Assembly (NCBI GenBank): GCA_965205265.1
Contig: CBDBGH010000003.1
Location: 1,138,749-1,202,748, forward strand
Direction of reading: 5' to 3'
DNA length: 64,000 nt
Source: Alphaproteobacteria bacterium
GTDB taxonomy: Bacteria; Pseudomonadota; Alphaproteobacteria; Bin95
Position numbers and translations under genes: made by a program. The notes under the pieces are model-generated. The model had not been told where the DNA came from. It did not search any database and saw only the letters and a program-made list of their open reading frames with translations. This document shows positions 8,726-17,944 of the stretch, in pieces (the stretch's first letter is position 1; every line of letters begins with the position of its first letter).

Positions 8726-10125
8726 GCCGCTGCTGCGGGCGCGGCGGCGAGCACGGCGGCGTCGTGGCGGGGGAGCTCCATCAGCACCGCTTTCAGGCGC
8801 CCGGCCGCTGTCTCGCCCACGGCGTCGGCAGCAAGCGCGTCGTATTTGGAGAGCAGCGCCGCCTCGCGGCCCGGATGGCCCGGCGCACCGGACGGATTGA
8901 GGGTTTCCGACCGCTCCACCCGTCCGTCGGGCCCGGCGATCTCGACCCAACCCGGGTAATCGGCCGGATAGAGGCCGTCGAGTTCGGCGTCGGGCACCAA
9001 TTCGATCCGCCGGGCGAGTTCCACCAGTTCGGGGTCGTTCAGCCGCTCGTCGGTATATTGCGCCGGCAGCGCGTTGCCGTCCGCGAGCGCTGCGGCGATG
9101 GTGAAGCGTGCGCTCATCTGGCCGTTGAGGGCGGTCCCCGGCTCGTAGTCGAAGCCGCATTGCACATCGACCACCCGCGGCAGGCCGGCGCGCACGGTCT
9201 CGTCCGCGCCGGGCATGCGCCCGAGGCGCTGGCGGAGTTCGCGCGCGGCATCGACATAGGAATGCAGCGAGCCGCAGCAGGAATAGGGCTTGAAATAAAC
9301 CTGTTCGACGGCCCATTCGCTGCCGAGCCCGTCCAGCAGGCGCTCCGGCCTTGCGTCGTCGGAGAAGGCGTCGAGGAAACCGCCGTCGTCGGTCTCCAGC
9401 ACGCTCGCCGGGCCTGTGAAACCCATCGCCGCGAGTTCCGCCGCCATGACGCCGGCATGCGCCGCGCGGCCCGGATGCAGGCGCTTGCTCATGGCGCCGT
9501 CCGCGTTGAAGGCGAACAGGCCCGATCCCTGCGTCGCGCCAAGCCCGAGCGCCCAGGCTGCCGCCTCCTCGTCCAGCCCGAGAAGAACGGCTCCCGCCGC
9601 CGCCGCGCCGAGCGGGCCGCACACGCCCGTAAGGTGCCAGCCGCGCAGCCGGGCAGCATTGGGATCGAGAGCGCGGGACGCACGAACCATCACTTCGTAG
9701 CCGGCGACGACCGCCGTTTCGATGGCCTCGCCATCGGAGCCGAGACGTTCGGCGAGCGCAAGCGCCGCCGGGACGGCCGCCGCGCCCGGATGCAGCTTGG
9801 CAATGAAATCGTCGAGCTCGAAGGCATGAGCGGCAACGCCGTTCACGAGCGCTGCGTCGGCGGGTCTGAGCGACGGGGCCGCCTCCCCCCAGACGGTCGC
9901 AAGACCCTCGCCACTACCCGGCAGCCCGGCTCCCCGGCGCGCCCAGGAGAGCGCCGTTTCGGCCCAGAATTCCTGCCGCCCGTGAAGCGCCGCGCCCATT
10001 GTGTCCAGCAGGGCGAGGCGCGCGGCGCGGCGGGTGCTCTCCGGCAGGGCTTCGGGCCGAAGGCCGGCCAGCCAGCGCGCGAGCTCGGCAGTCAGGGCGG
10101 GGGTTTCGCTGCGGTCGCGCGGCAT
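8722..10125 (-). CDS. MmgE/PrpD family protein (2-methylcitrate dehydratase-like)
   Basis: ORF 8722..10218 trimmed to MPRDRSETPALTAELARWL... It contains VNGVAAHAFELDD, WHLTGVCGPLGAAAA and KPYSCCGSLH, which are PrpD-family blocks. Confidence 0.85.
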   Translation of the reverse strand: MPRDRSETPALTAELARWLAGLRPEALPESTRRAARLALLDTMGAALHGRQEFWAETALSWARRGAGLPGSGEGLATVWGEAAPSLRPADAALVNGVAAHAFELDDFIAKLHPGAAAVPAALALAERLGSDGEAIETAVVAGYEVMVRASRALDPNAARLRGWHLTGVCGPLGAAAAGAVLLGLDEEAAAWALGLGATQGSGLFAFNADGAMSKRLHPGRAAHAGVMAAELAAMGFTGPASVLETDDGGFLDAFSDDARPERLLDGLGSEWAVEQVYFKPYSCCGSLHSYVDAARELRQRLGRMPGADETVRAGLPRVVDVQCGFDYEPGTALNGQMSARFTIAAALADGNALPAQYTDERLNDPELVELARRIELVPDAELDGLYPADYPGWVEIAGPDGRVERSETLNPSGAPGHPGREAALLSKYDALAADAVGETAAGRLKAVLMELPRHDAAVLAAAPAAAA

Positions 10126-10256
10126 GGCAGGTCTCCGAAAGCAGGGGGCAGTCCGCCGGGAGGGTTCCAACGGTGGCGGTTTCGGGTGAAGAATGCAGGA
10201 ATCGCGGTCCGCTCGCAAACCGGCCGGCCGCCTCGCAGAAACGGGAGACAGCGGCG

Positions 10257-11450
10257 ATGCCGGGTCCGTTCCACGGCCTGAGAGTGATCGACCTGACGAC
10301 GGTGGTCGTAGGTCCCTATACGAGCCAGTTCCTCGGGGACCTCGGCGCCGATGTCGTCAAGGTGGAGGCGCCCGAAGGCGACCTCTCGCGGCTGGTCGGG
10401 CCCCACCGCAATCCGGGTATGACCTCGCAGTGGATGCATGTGAACCGGAACAAGCGCAGCGTCGTTCTCGACCTCAAGACGGAAGGCGGCAAGCAGGCGA
10501 TGGACCGGCTGCTCGGGACAGCCGACGTTTTCGTCCACAATATGCGGCCCGAACCCCTCGCGCGCCTCGGCCTCGACTATGCGCGCGTGTCCGGGATCAG
10601 GCCGGACATCGTGTTCTGCAATATCTGGGGGTTCGGGCGCCGCGGCCCTTATGCCGGTCGGGCGGCCTTCGACGACGTGATCCAGGCCGGCGTCGGCCTC
10701 GCCGCGCTGGAAGGTTTCGCCACGGGCGAGGCGAAATACGTGCCGATGCTGATCGCCGACAAGACGACGGCGCTGTTCGCGGCGCTCGCGGTCTCGGGCG
10801 CGCTCTACCACCGTCTTGCGACCGGCGAGGGGCAGGAGGTCGAAGTGCCGATGTTCGAGAGCATGGCCGGGTTCGCGCTCGTCGAGCATCTCTGGGGCGA
10901 GAGCTTCGTGCCGGCCCTGGACCGGGTGGGCTCGGACCGCCACGCCACGCCGAAGCGCTGGCCGATTGCCACGAAGGACGGGTTCATCTGCGTGCTGGCG
11001 ACGTCCGACAAGCACTGGCGCGCCCTGCTGGAGGTTGCCGGGCGGCCGGGGCTGATGGACGACCCGCGCTATGCGACCCGTCCGGCCCGTTTCCGGCACC
11101 GGGACGAGATCAACGCCGAACTCGAAACATGGATGCAGGAAAAGACCACCGAGGAATGGGCGGGGCCGCTGTCGGAGGCGGGCGTGCCCTGCATGCCCGT
11201 GCAAAGCCTCGAACAGGTGGTCGCGGACCCGCATCTGGCCGAGGTCGGCTTCTGGCACGAGATGGACCATCCGAGCGAGGGCCGGCTCAGGTTGATGGCG
11301 CCTTCTCTCGCGCTCAACCGCTCGCCTGCCTCGATCCGCCGCCCGCCGCCGCGCCAGGGCGAGCATACGCGCGAGGTGCTGGCGGAAATCGGCTTCGACG
11401 CCGCCGGGGTCGAGGACCTGTTGGCCTCCGGCGGGGCGATTGCGGAATAA
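10257..11450 (+). CDS. CoA-transferase family III (CaiB/BaiF-like)
   Basis: ORF 9999..11450 trimmed to ATG 10257 behind GGGAGA. The protein begins MPGPFHGLRVIDLTTVVVGPYTSQFLGDLGADVVKVEAP. Confidence 0.9.
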   Translation: MPGPFHGLRVIDLTTVVVGPYTSQFLGDLGADVVKVEAPEGDLSRLVGPHRNPGMTSQWMHVNRNKRSVVLDLKTEGGKQAMDRLLGTADVFVHNMRPEPLARLGLDYARVSGIRPDIVFCNIWGFGRRGPYAGRAAFDDVIQAGVGLAALEGFATGEAKYVPMLIADKTTALFAALAVSGALYHRLATGEGQEVEVPMFESMAGFALVEHLWGESFVPALDRVGSDRHATPKRWPIATKDGFICVLATSDKHWRALLEVAGRPGLMDDPRYATRPARFRHRDEINAELETWMQEKTTEEWAGPLSEAGVPCMPVQSLEQVVADPHLAEVGFWHEMDHPSEGRLRLMAPSLALNRSPASIRRPPPRQGEHTREVLAEIGFDAAGVEDLLASGGAIAE

Positions 11451-11527
11451 TGTAGTTACATGGTGGTCTTGAATTGTTGGCGCGGCGGAGCATGTTGTCG
11501 TCATTGGTAGCGTAAGGAGCGGTTCTT

Positions 11528-11809
11528 ATGGAAATGGCTCTCAGGGAGGCCAAGGCGCGCCTTTCCGAATTGGTCGCCGAGGCCTGCCGGGGCGAGCGCG
11601 TGGTCATCACCAAATACGGCCGGCCGGTGGTCGAACTGGTGCGCTGCGAACGGCGCGGCGGGATCGATTTCGACAAGCTGGAGGAAGACCGCCGGCGGCT
11701 CGGACTTGTCGATGCGCCGCCGGAAGAGGTTGCAGCCATGGAGGCGGCGCTCAACGATCCTGCATTAAGTCGCCGGGTGCTCGGTCTCGACGACGAGGAC
11801 GGCGCGTAG
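11528..11809 (+). CDS. type II antitoxin, Phd/YefM family
   Basis: The 93-aa protein begins MEMALREAKARLSELVAEACRGERVVITKYGRPVVELV. An AAGGAG RBS lies upstream, and the gene sits 3 nt upstream of a PIN toxin gene. Confidence 0.85.
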   Translation: MEMALREAKARLSELVAEACRGERVVITKYGRPVVELVRCERRGGIDFDKLEEDRRRLGLVDAPPEEVAAMEAALNDPALSRRVLGLDDEDGA

Positions 11810-11812
11810 CCC

Positions 11813-12223
11813 GTGCGCGTCCTGCTCGATACGACCTATCTTTACAGGTTCATGGAAGCGGCAGCGGCGTTGACGGAAAACGACCGCCGGTTTTTCGGTA
11901 TGCGGGAGCTGCAGCTCTATGCGAGCGCGGTGTCGATCTGGGAGATGCGGCTGAAGCACAGTGCCCGCCATGCCTCGGGCGAGCGCAAGAGCCGGTTCGA
12001 TCCGAACGACGTGATTCCCGTGCTGGAAAACCAGGGTGTGACATTCCTGCCGATGACGATACGCCACGCGGCGCGCGCCCTCGATACGCCGCTCGGCCAC
12101 AGGGACCCGTTCGACGAATTGCTGCTCGTCCAGGCGCAGGAGGAAGGGCTCAGGCTGCTCACCGTGGACCGTCTCCTCATCGGCCATCCGCTCGCGGTCG
12201 CCTCGCACGAGGCCGGATCGTGA
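11813..12223 (+). CDS. vapC: type II toxin, VapC family PIN-domain ribonuclease
   Basis: The 136-aa protein has a GTG start. MRVLLDTTYL, SIWEM, HRDPFDELLLVQAQ and LLTVD supply the conserved PIN acidic residues. Confidence 0.85.
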   Translation: MRVLLDTTYLYRFMEAAAALTENDRRFFGMRELQLYASAVSIWEMRLKHSARHASGERKSRFDPNDVIPVLENQGVTFLPMTIRHAARALDTPLGHRDPFDELLLVQAQEEGLRLLTVDRLLIGHPLAVASHEAGS

Positions 12224-12780
12224 TGCAGGACGTGCCGGCGGGGCACATCGCCGCTGTCGTCACCGACCTGGAGATGACGGCGCCGCCCGCCGATCCCGGC
12301 CCTACCGCGCCGCTGGTAAGGTGGCCTGACCCGGACCTCAATGCTTACCGCGCACTGTTTCGGGAGATCGGCGAGGAATGGCTCTGGTTCTCGCGCCTGT
12401 CTCTCCCGGACGAGGCGTTGGCGGCCATCCTGCGCGATCCGCAGGTGGAGCTCTATGCGGGACCGGACAGGGAGAGCATCGTCGAGCTCGATTTTCGCGG
12501 GCATGGGGCGTGCGAGATCGCGTTTTTCGGGCTGGCGCCGTTCATGACCGGACGCGGGAAAGGGCGCCGGCTGATGGCGGCGGCGCTCGCCCTGGCCTGG
12601 CGCGAGGGCATCGGCCGGGTCTGGCTTCATACCTGCACGCTCGACCACCCGGCGGCGCTTCGCTTCTACCTTTCCTGCGGCTTCCGCGCGGTGCGCCGGC
12701 GGGTCGAGATCGAACCCGACCCGAGGCTCGACGGGCGGATCGCGCCGGAAGCCGCGGCGCACCATCCCGTCATCCGTTGA
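12223..12780 (+). CDS. GNAT family N-acetyltransferase
   Basis: ORF 12220..12780. It contains ...EIAFFGLAPFMTGRGKGRRLMAAAL...VWLHTCTLDHPAALRFYLSCGF, the acetyl-CoA binding R/Q-x-x-G-x-G/A motif. ATG 12223 overlaps the vapC stop (TGATG). Confidence 0.8.
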   Translation: MQDVPAGHIAAVVTDLEMTAPPADPGPTAPLVRWPDPDLNAYRALFREIGEEWLWFSRLSLPDEALAAILRDPQVELYAGPDRESIVELDFRGHGACEIAFFGLAPFMTGRGKGRRLMAAALALAWREGIGRVWLHTCTLDHPAALRFYLSCGFRAVRRRVEIEPDPRLDGRIAPEAAAHHPVIR

Positions 12781-12868
12781 ACGCGGCTTCCAAGAGCCGC
12801 ATTGCACCGGGCCGCAGGAATCCCATAGACCGGTTTCGATGGACATTTCCGAATGGGGAACGAGGAAC

Positions 12869-13657
12869 ATGCAAATATCCATGACCGGGCGCACGGCGCT
12901 CATTACCGGCGGCAGCGACGGCATGGGCCGGGCGATGGCGCTGAAATTCGCAGGCGCCGGCGCATCGGTCGCCATCGCCGCCCGCCGCCAGGGGCCGCTC
13001 GACGAGGCGCTGGCGGCGCTCGAAGCGGTTGCGCCCGGCCGTGCGGCCGCTTTTTCCGCCGATGTCAGCACGGCCGAAGACTGCGAACGGATCTACCGCG
13101 ATACCGTCGCGCGGTTCGGCGCCGTGGATATCCTGGTCAACAATGCCGGGACCTCGCAGACCGGAAAGTTCGAGGAGATCGACGACGCCACCTGGCAGGC
13201 CGACCTCGACCTCAAGCTGTTCGCCGCGATCCGGCTGTCCCGGCTGGCGCTGCCGGGCATGAAGGCGCGCGGGTGGGGCCGGATCGTCAATGTGCTGAAT
13301 GTGGGCGCGAAGGCGCCGCAGGCCGGCGGCGCGCCGACGGCCGTCTCGCGCGCGGCCGGCATGGCGCTCACCAAGGTGCTGGCGGGCGAGGGCGCGCCCC
13401 ACGGCGTGCTCGTGAATGCGCTGCTCACAGGCTATATCCGCTCCGGCCAGTGGGTCCGCCGGCATGAGGCCACGGCGCCGGACGCCGACTTCGATGGCTG
13501 GCTCGCGGAGATGGCCGGCAAGCTCGGCGTGCCGCTCGGGCGTTTCGGCGAGGCCGAGGAGTTCGCCAATATCGCCTGTTTCCTCGCTTCCGACGCCGGA
13601 TCCTACATCACGGGCACGGCGATCAATGTGGACGGGAACCGCAGCCCGGTCGTGTAA
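12869..13657 (+). CDS. classical SDR family oxidoreductase
   Basis: ORF 12839..13657 contains TALITGGSDGMGRA, NNAG and a C-terminal ITGTAINVDGN. The start is ambiguous: ATG at 12839, 12869 or 12881. Confidence 0.85.
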   Translation: MQISMTGRTALITGGSDGMGRAMALKFAGAGASVAIAARRQGPLDEALAALEAVAPGRAAAFSADVSTAEDCERIYRDTVARFGAVDILVNNAGTSQTGKFEEIDDATWQADLDLKLFAAIRLSRLALPGMKARGWGRIVNVLNVGAKAPQAGGAPTAVSRAAGMALTKVLAGEGAPHGVLVNALLTGYIRSGQWVRRHEATAPDADFDGWLAEMAGKLGVPLGRFGEAEEFANIACFLASDAGSYITGTAINVDGNRSPVV

Positions 13658-13825
13658 CCGAACGGCGCATCGCCCGTCCCGGGGGCAGCTTGCATTCCGG
13701 GGCGGGCGCGCGTAAACAGCGCGCGATTTCGCACGCGGGCCGCGGCCGACAAGGCCGGTCCGGTTCCTTCCCGAGGGAAGGCGACGGCCCGCGTCAGGAC
13801 AAACCGGAACAAGGAAGGCGAGCCG

Positions 13826-14941
13826 ATGGCCGTGCCGACATTCACCATGCGCCAGCTTCTGGAAGCGGGCGTCCATTTCGGACATCACACCCGGCGCTGG
13901 AACCCCAGGATGGCGCCGTACATCTTCGGGATCCGCAACGGCATCCACATCATGGACCTCCAGCAGACGGTCCCGATGCTCTACCGGGCGCTGGAGGCGG
14001 TTTCCAATGTCGTGGGCGAGGGCGGGCGCGTCCTGTTCGTCGGCACCAAGCGCCAGGCGCAGGAAACGGTGGCCGAGGCGGCGCGGCAATGCGGGCAGTA
14101 TTTCGTCAACCACCGCTGGCTCGGCGGCATGCTGACGAACTGGAAGACGATCTCCAACTCCATCAACCGGCTGCGCGACCTCGAGGAACAGCTGGCGCAG
14201 GACAATATCGGCCTGACCAAGAAGGAGTTCCTGCAGCTCCAGCGCGAGCGCGACAAGCTGGAGCAGACGCTGGGCGGCATCAAGGAGATGGCGGGCCTGC
14301 CCGACATCCTCTTCGTCATCGACACCAACAAGGAACACATCGCCGTCGCCGAGGCCCGCAAGCTGAATATTCCCGTCGTCGCCGTGCTGGACAGCAATTC
14401 CGACCCCGAGGGCGTGGAATTCCCGGTGCCCGGCAACGATGACGCAATCCGGGCGATCTCGCTCTATTGCGAACTGGTCACGAGCGCGGTGCTCGACGGC
14501 ATCGAGCGGGAAATGACGGCATCCGGCCAGGATATCGGCGAGCTGGAGGCGGCGCCCCAGGAGCAGGTCGCCGGTCCGGAGGACGAATCCGAAGCGGCGT
14601 CTGCCGATACCGCCGGGACGCCCGAAGCCGTCATGGCCGCCGAAGCGCCCGAACCTGCGGAGGTCCCGGAAGCCGCCCCGGCCGCGGAGAGCCCCGAGGC
14701 GGCGGAAGCTCCGGAAGCTCCCGAGGCCGCAGAGGCGCCCGAGGCTGCGGAGGCTCCGGAAGCCCCGGAGTCCGCAGAGGCGCCCGAGGCTGCTGAAGCG
14801 CCGGAGGCAGCCGAACCTGCGGATGCCCCCGAAGCCGCAGAGGCTTCGGAGGCCCCGGAAGCTTCCGAGGCAGCAGAGGCCGGGGCAGCGGACGAGACTG
14901 CCGAAAGCGCCGGCGAGGCTGGCGAAGAAAAGACGAACTGA
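13826..14941 (+). CDS. rpsB: 30S ribosomal protein S2 with a long acidic C-terminal extension
   Basis: [35 protein letters not shown]... is the canonical S2 core (about 255 aa). It is followed by about 115 aa rich in P/E/A. Confidence 0.97.
   Translation: MAVPTFTMRQLLEAGVHFGHHTRRWNPRMAPYIFGIRNGIHIMDLQQTVPMLYRALEAVSNVVGEGGRVLFVGTKRQAQETVAEAARQCGQYFVNHRWLGGMLTNWKTISNSINRLRDLEEQLAQDNIGLTKKEFLQLQRERDKLEQTLGGIKEMAGLPDILFVIDTNKEHIAVAEARKLNIPVVAVLDSNSDPEGVEFPVPGNDDAIRAISLYCELVTSAVLDGIEREMTASGQDIGELEAAPQEQVAGPEDESEAASADTAGTPEAVMAAEAPEPAEVPEAAPAAESPEAAEAPEAPEAAEAPEAAEAPEAPESAEAPEAAEAPEAAEPADAPEAAEASEAPEASEAAEAGAADETAESAGEAGEEKTN
14638..14880 (+). repeat. in-frame degenerate tandem repeat encoding (PEAAEA)n inside rpsB
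   Basis: The peptide reads [81 protein letters not shown]. At the DNA level there are repeated GAGGC(N)CC(N)GA(A/G)GC units. Confidence 0.8.
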
Positions 14942-14962
14942 CCGCAAGAGAGGCGAACACCG

Positions 14963-15883
14963 ATGGCTCAGGTGACGGCGGCGCTGGTCAAGGATCTGCG
15001 CGAGCGGACCGGCGCCGGCATGATGGACTGCAAGAAGGCGCTGACGGAAAACGGCGCCGACATCGAGGCGGCCCTGGACTGGCTGCGCAAGAAGGGGCTG
15101 GCTGCAGCGCAGAAAAAGGCCGGCCGGACAGCGGCCGAGGGGCTGGTCGGCATGGCGCTGGAGGACGGGCGCGGCGCGCTGGTCGAGCTCAACTCCGAAA
15201 CCGACTTTGTCGCGCGCAATGAAGGCTTCCAGGCGGCGGTCGCGAGGCTGGCCGCGCTCGGGCTGACCGTCGAGGGCGGTCTGGATGCCCTCAAGGGAAG
15301 CGAGATCGACGGGCAGACCGCCGAGGACTATGTCACCGGCCTGATCGCCACCATCGGCGAGAACATGAACCTCCGCCGCTACGCCACCGTCAAGGTCGGG
15401 GAAGGCGTCGTGGCCGGCTACATGCACAGCGCGGCGGCTCCGGGCCTCGGCAAGATCGGCGTCCTGGTCGGGCTGGAATCGTCCGGCGACAAGGAAAAGC
15501 TGGCGGCGCTCGGCAAGCAGATCGCCATGCATGTGACCTCCGCAAATCCCCGCTGGGTCTCGCGCGGCGATGTCGATGAGTTGGCGGTGGAGCGCGAGCG
15601 CGCCATCCTCGTGGACCAGGCGAAGGCGTCGGGCCGGCCCGACCATGTGATCGAGAAGATGGTCGAAGGGCGGATGCGCAAATATTACGAGGAGGTCGTG
15701 CTCGCCGAGCAGGCCTTCATCATGGACACCGACAAATCTGTGGCCAGGGTGCTGGAGGAAGCCGCGGGCGATATCGGCGCGCCGGTATCCTGCACCGGCT
15801 TCGTGCGCTTCGCTCTGGGTGAGGGCGTGGAACGCGAAGAGAAGGACTTCGCCGCAGAGGTGGCCCAGACGCTAGGGGACTGA
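14963..15883 (+). CDS. tsf: translation elongation factor Ts
   Basis: MAQVTAALVKDLRERTGAGMMDCKKALTENGADIEAALDWLRKKG is the canonical EF-Ts N-terminus. Confidence 0.97.
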   Translation: MAQVTAALVKDLRERTGAGMMDCKKALTENGADIEAALDWLRKKGLAAAQKKAGRTAAEGLVGMALEDGRGALVELNSETDFVARNEGFQAAVARLAALGLTVEGGLDALKGSEIDGQTAEDYVTGLIATIGENMNLRRYATVKVGEGVVAGYMHSAAAPGLGKIGVLVGLESSGDKEKLAALGKQIAMHVTSANPRWVSRGDVDELAVERERAILVDQAKASGRPDHVIEKMVEGRMRKYYEEVVLAEQAFIMDTDKSVARVLEEAAGDIGAPVSCTGFVRFALGEGVEREEKDFAAEVAQTLGD

Positions 15884-15908
15884 CGCGCGGGCCCCGACGG
15901 GAGAGTTC

Positions 15909-16625
15909 ATGGCGCAGCAAACCCGTTTCCGCCGCGTTCTGCTCAAGGTCTCCGGCGAGGCCCTGATGGGCGGTGAGGAATTCGGCATCGCGCCTTCCAC
16001 AATGCGGCGCATCGCGGGCGACATTGCCGAGGTCAGGGCGCTCGAGGTCCAGGTGGCGGTCGTCGTCGGAGGGGGCAATATCTTCCGGGGGGTGAACTCC
16101 GCGAAGATCGGCGTCGGGCGCGTTGCGGGCGACAACATGGGAATGCTCGCCACGGTCATCAACGCGCTCGCGCTCCGCAGCGCGCTGGAGGACGCCGGCG
16201 TCGAGGCGCGCGTGCAGAGCGCGATACCCATGCACACCGTCTGCGAACAGTTCATTCGCGAACGCGCCGACCGCCATCTTCGCCGCGGCCGGGTCCTGGT
16301 CCTGGCAGGCGGCACGGGCAACCCGTTTTTCACCACCGATTCCGCCGCGATATTGCGGGCGAGCGAACTCGGTTGCGATGCGGTGCTCAAGGCGACCAAG
16401 GTGGACGGCGTCTATTCCGCGGACCCTGAACAGGAGCCCGATGCCGAGCGCTATGACGCGCTGACTTACAACGAAGTTCTTGAGCGCGACCTAAAGGTCA
16501 TGGACGCCTCCGCCGTTGCGCTGGCGCGGGACAACCGCATTCCGATTCTCGTCTTTTCGCTGCATAATGCGGGTTCGTTCGCCCGCGCACTGACGGGCCG
16601 CGAGGCATCGACGGTGATCCGGTAG
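15909..16625 (+). CDS. pyrH: UMP kinase
   Basis: FRRVLLKVSGEALMG, VVVGGGNIFRG and TGNPFFTTDSAA are PyrH motifs. Confidence 0.97.
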   Translation: MAQQTRFRRVLLKVSGEALMGGEEFGIAPSTMRRIAGDIAEVRALEVQVAVVVGGGNIFRGVNSAKIGVGRVAGDNMGMLATVINALALRSALEDAGVEARVQSAIPMHTVCEQFIRERADRHLRRGRVLVLAGGTGNPFFTTDSAAILRASELGCDAVLKATKVDGVYSADPEQEPDAERYDALTYNEVLERDLKVMDASAVALARDNRIPILVFSLHNAGSFARALTGREASTVIR

Positions 16626-16640
16626 GAAAGCGAGGCTCTC

Positions 16641-17201
16641 GTGTCCGAAGACCCCGATATCGACGATCTGGAGCGGCGCATGAACGGCGCCATCGAGGCG
16701 CTGAAACGCGAATTCGCAGGGCTGAGAACCGGCCGGGCAAGCACCTCCCTTCTCGAGCCGCTGACTGTGGAGGCCTACGGCTCGGAAATGCCCATCAACC
16801 AGGTGGCGACGCTCGGCGCGCCGGAACCGCGCATGCTGACGGTGCAGGTCTGGGACAGGAGCAATGTGAAGGCCGTCGAGCGGGCCATTCGCGAGTCGGC
16901 TCTGGGACTCAATCCCGCTGCGGACGGCCAATTGATCCGGGTGCCGATCCCCGAGTTGAGCGAAGAGCGCCGGACGGAGCTCGCGAGGGTCGCTCACCGC
17001 TATGCGGAGCAGGCGCGGGTCGCGGTGCGCAATGTGCGCCGCGACGGCATGGACAAGCTCAAGCGCATGGAGCGGGCGGGAGACCTTTCCCAGGACGAAC
17101 AGCATCTATGGTCCGAAGAAGTGCAGGAGCTGACGGACCGCTTCGTCAAGGAAATCGACAGCGCCGTGGACGCCAAAGAATCCGAAATCATGCAGGTGTG
17201 A
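16641..17201 (+). CDS. frr: ribosome recycling factor
   Basis: The 186-aa protein has a GTG start. It contains ...[30 protein letters not shown]...[13 protein letters not shown]. Confidence 0.95.
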   Translation: MSEDPDIDDLERRMNGAIEALKREFAGLRTGRASTSLLEPLTVEAYGSEMPINQVATLGAPEPRMLTVQVWDRSNVKAVERAIRESALGLNPAADGQLIRVPIPELSEERRTELARVAHRYAEQARVAVRNVRRDGMDKLKRMERAGDLSQDEQHLWSEEVQELTDRFVKEIDSAVDAKESEIMQV

Positions 17202-17206
17202 CCGCC

Positions 17207-17944
17207 ATGGCGGTCGAAACACGGGCGTTTCCCGCGGCGCTGGCGCTGCCTCGCCATGTCGCGATCATCATGGATGGCAACGGGCGCTGGGCTTCGGCGC
17301 GGGGCCTGCCGCGCGCGGCCGGCCACAGGCGCGGTGCGGAGGCGGCGCGCGCCGCGGTGCGGACTGCGGCCGAACTCGGCATCGAGATTCTGACGCTCTA
17401 CACGTTTTCCTCCGAGAACTGGAGCCGGTCGGCGCAGGAGGTGGACGACCTGCTCGGCCTGCTGCGTTACTATCTCGGCAGGGAACTCGAGGATATGCAC
17501 CGCAACGGCGTGCGGCTGCGAATGATCGGGGAACGGGACCGCTTGCCGGCGGACCTCCGCGAACGGATCGCCCATGCCGAGGCCGTGACTGCCGGCAACG
17601 ACGCCATTCTGGTGCAGGTCGCGGTCAGCTATGGCGGCCGTGACGAGATCGTGCGCGCTGCCCGGCGCCTTGTCGAGGCGGGAGCGGCAGGCGGGCTCCG
17701 GCCCGGCGACATCGACGAAGCCGCCTTCGCAGACAGGCTGGACACGGCCGGCATACCCGATCCCGACTTGCTGGTCCGCACCGGCGGCGAAATGCGAATC
17801 AGCAATTTCCTTCTCTGGCAGGCGGCTTACGCAGAGCTCTTCTTTACCGAGCGGCTATGGCCGGAGTTCGCCAAAGCCGATCTGGAAGCGGCTCTGGTCG
17901 CATTCAGCCGGCGCGAGCGGCGTTATGGCGTCCGCGCTGCCTGA
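17207..17944 (+). CDS. uppS: isoprenyl transferase (undecaprenyl diphosphate synthase)
   Basis: ORF 17108..17944 trimmed to ATG 17207. It contains HVAIIMDGNGRWA, LTLYTFSSENWSR and RTGGEMRISNFLLWQ. Confidence 0.95.
   Translation: MAVETRAFPAALALPRHVAIIMDGNGRWASARGLPRAAGHRRGAEAARAAVRTAAELGIEILTLYTFSSENWSRSAQEVDDLLGLLRYYLGRELEDMHRNGVRLRMIGERDRLPADLRERIAHAEAVTAGNDAILVQVAVSYGGRDEIVRAARRLVEAGAAGGLRPGDIDEAAFADRLDTAGIPDPDLLVRTGGEMRISNFLLWQAAYAELFFTERLWPEFAKADLEAALVAFSRRERRYGVRAA

Noticed and set aside
8225-9622. 465-aa version of the YbaK/ProX ORF and 535-aa version of the pteridine reductase ORF (60350..61957)
   Set aside because: The long N-terminal extensions are Arg/Gly/Pro-rich, lack motifs and fully overlap the well-supported upstream genes (PrpD-family, GT2). 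Internal ATGs that overlap the upstream stop (ATGA) give proteins of the normal family length.
12223-12780. GNAT downstream of vapC as a TacT/AtaT-like acetyltransferase toxin
   Set aside because: It has no adjacent RHH/DUF1778 antitoxin of its own. Its sequence pattern (…WLHTCTLDHPAALRFY…) looks like a conserved housekeeping-type GNAT family. The only link to the TA pair is the overlapping stop/start.
12770-15646. 958-aa ORF on the minus strand spanning the SDR, rpsB and tsf loci
   Set aside because: It is antisense to three unmistakable conserved genes. The translation is low-complexity and rich in Arg, Gly, Ala and Pro, with no recognisable motifs. Long stop-free antisense frames are an expected artefact of high G+C.
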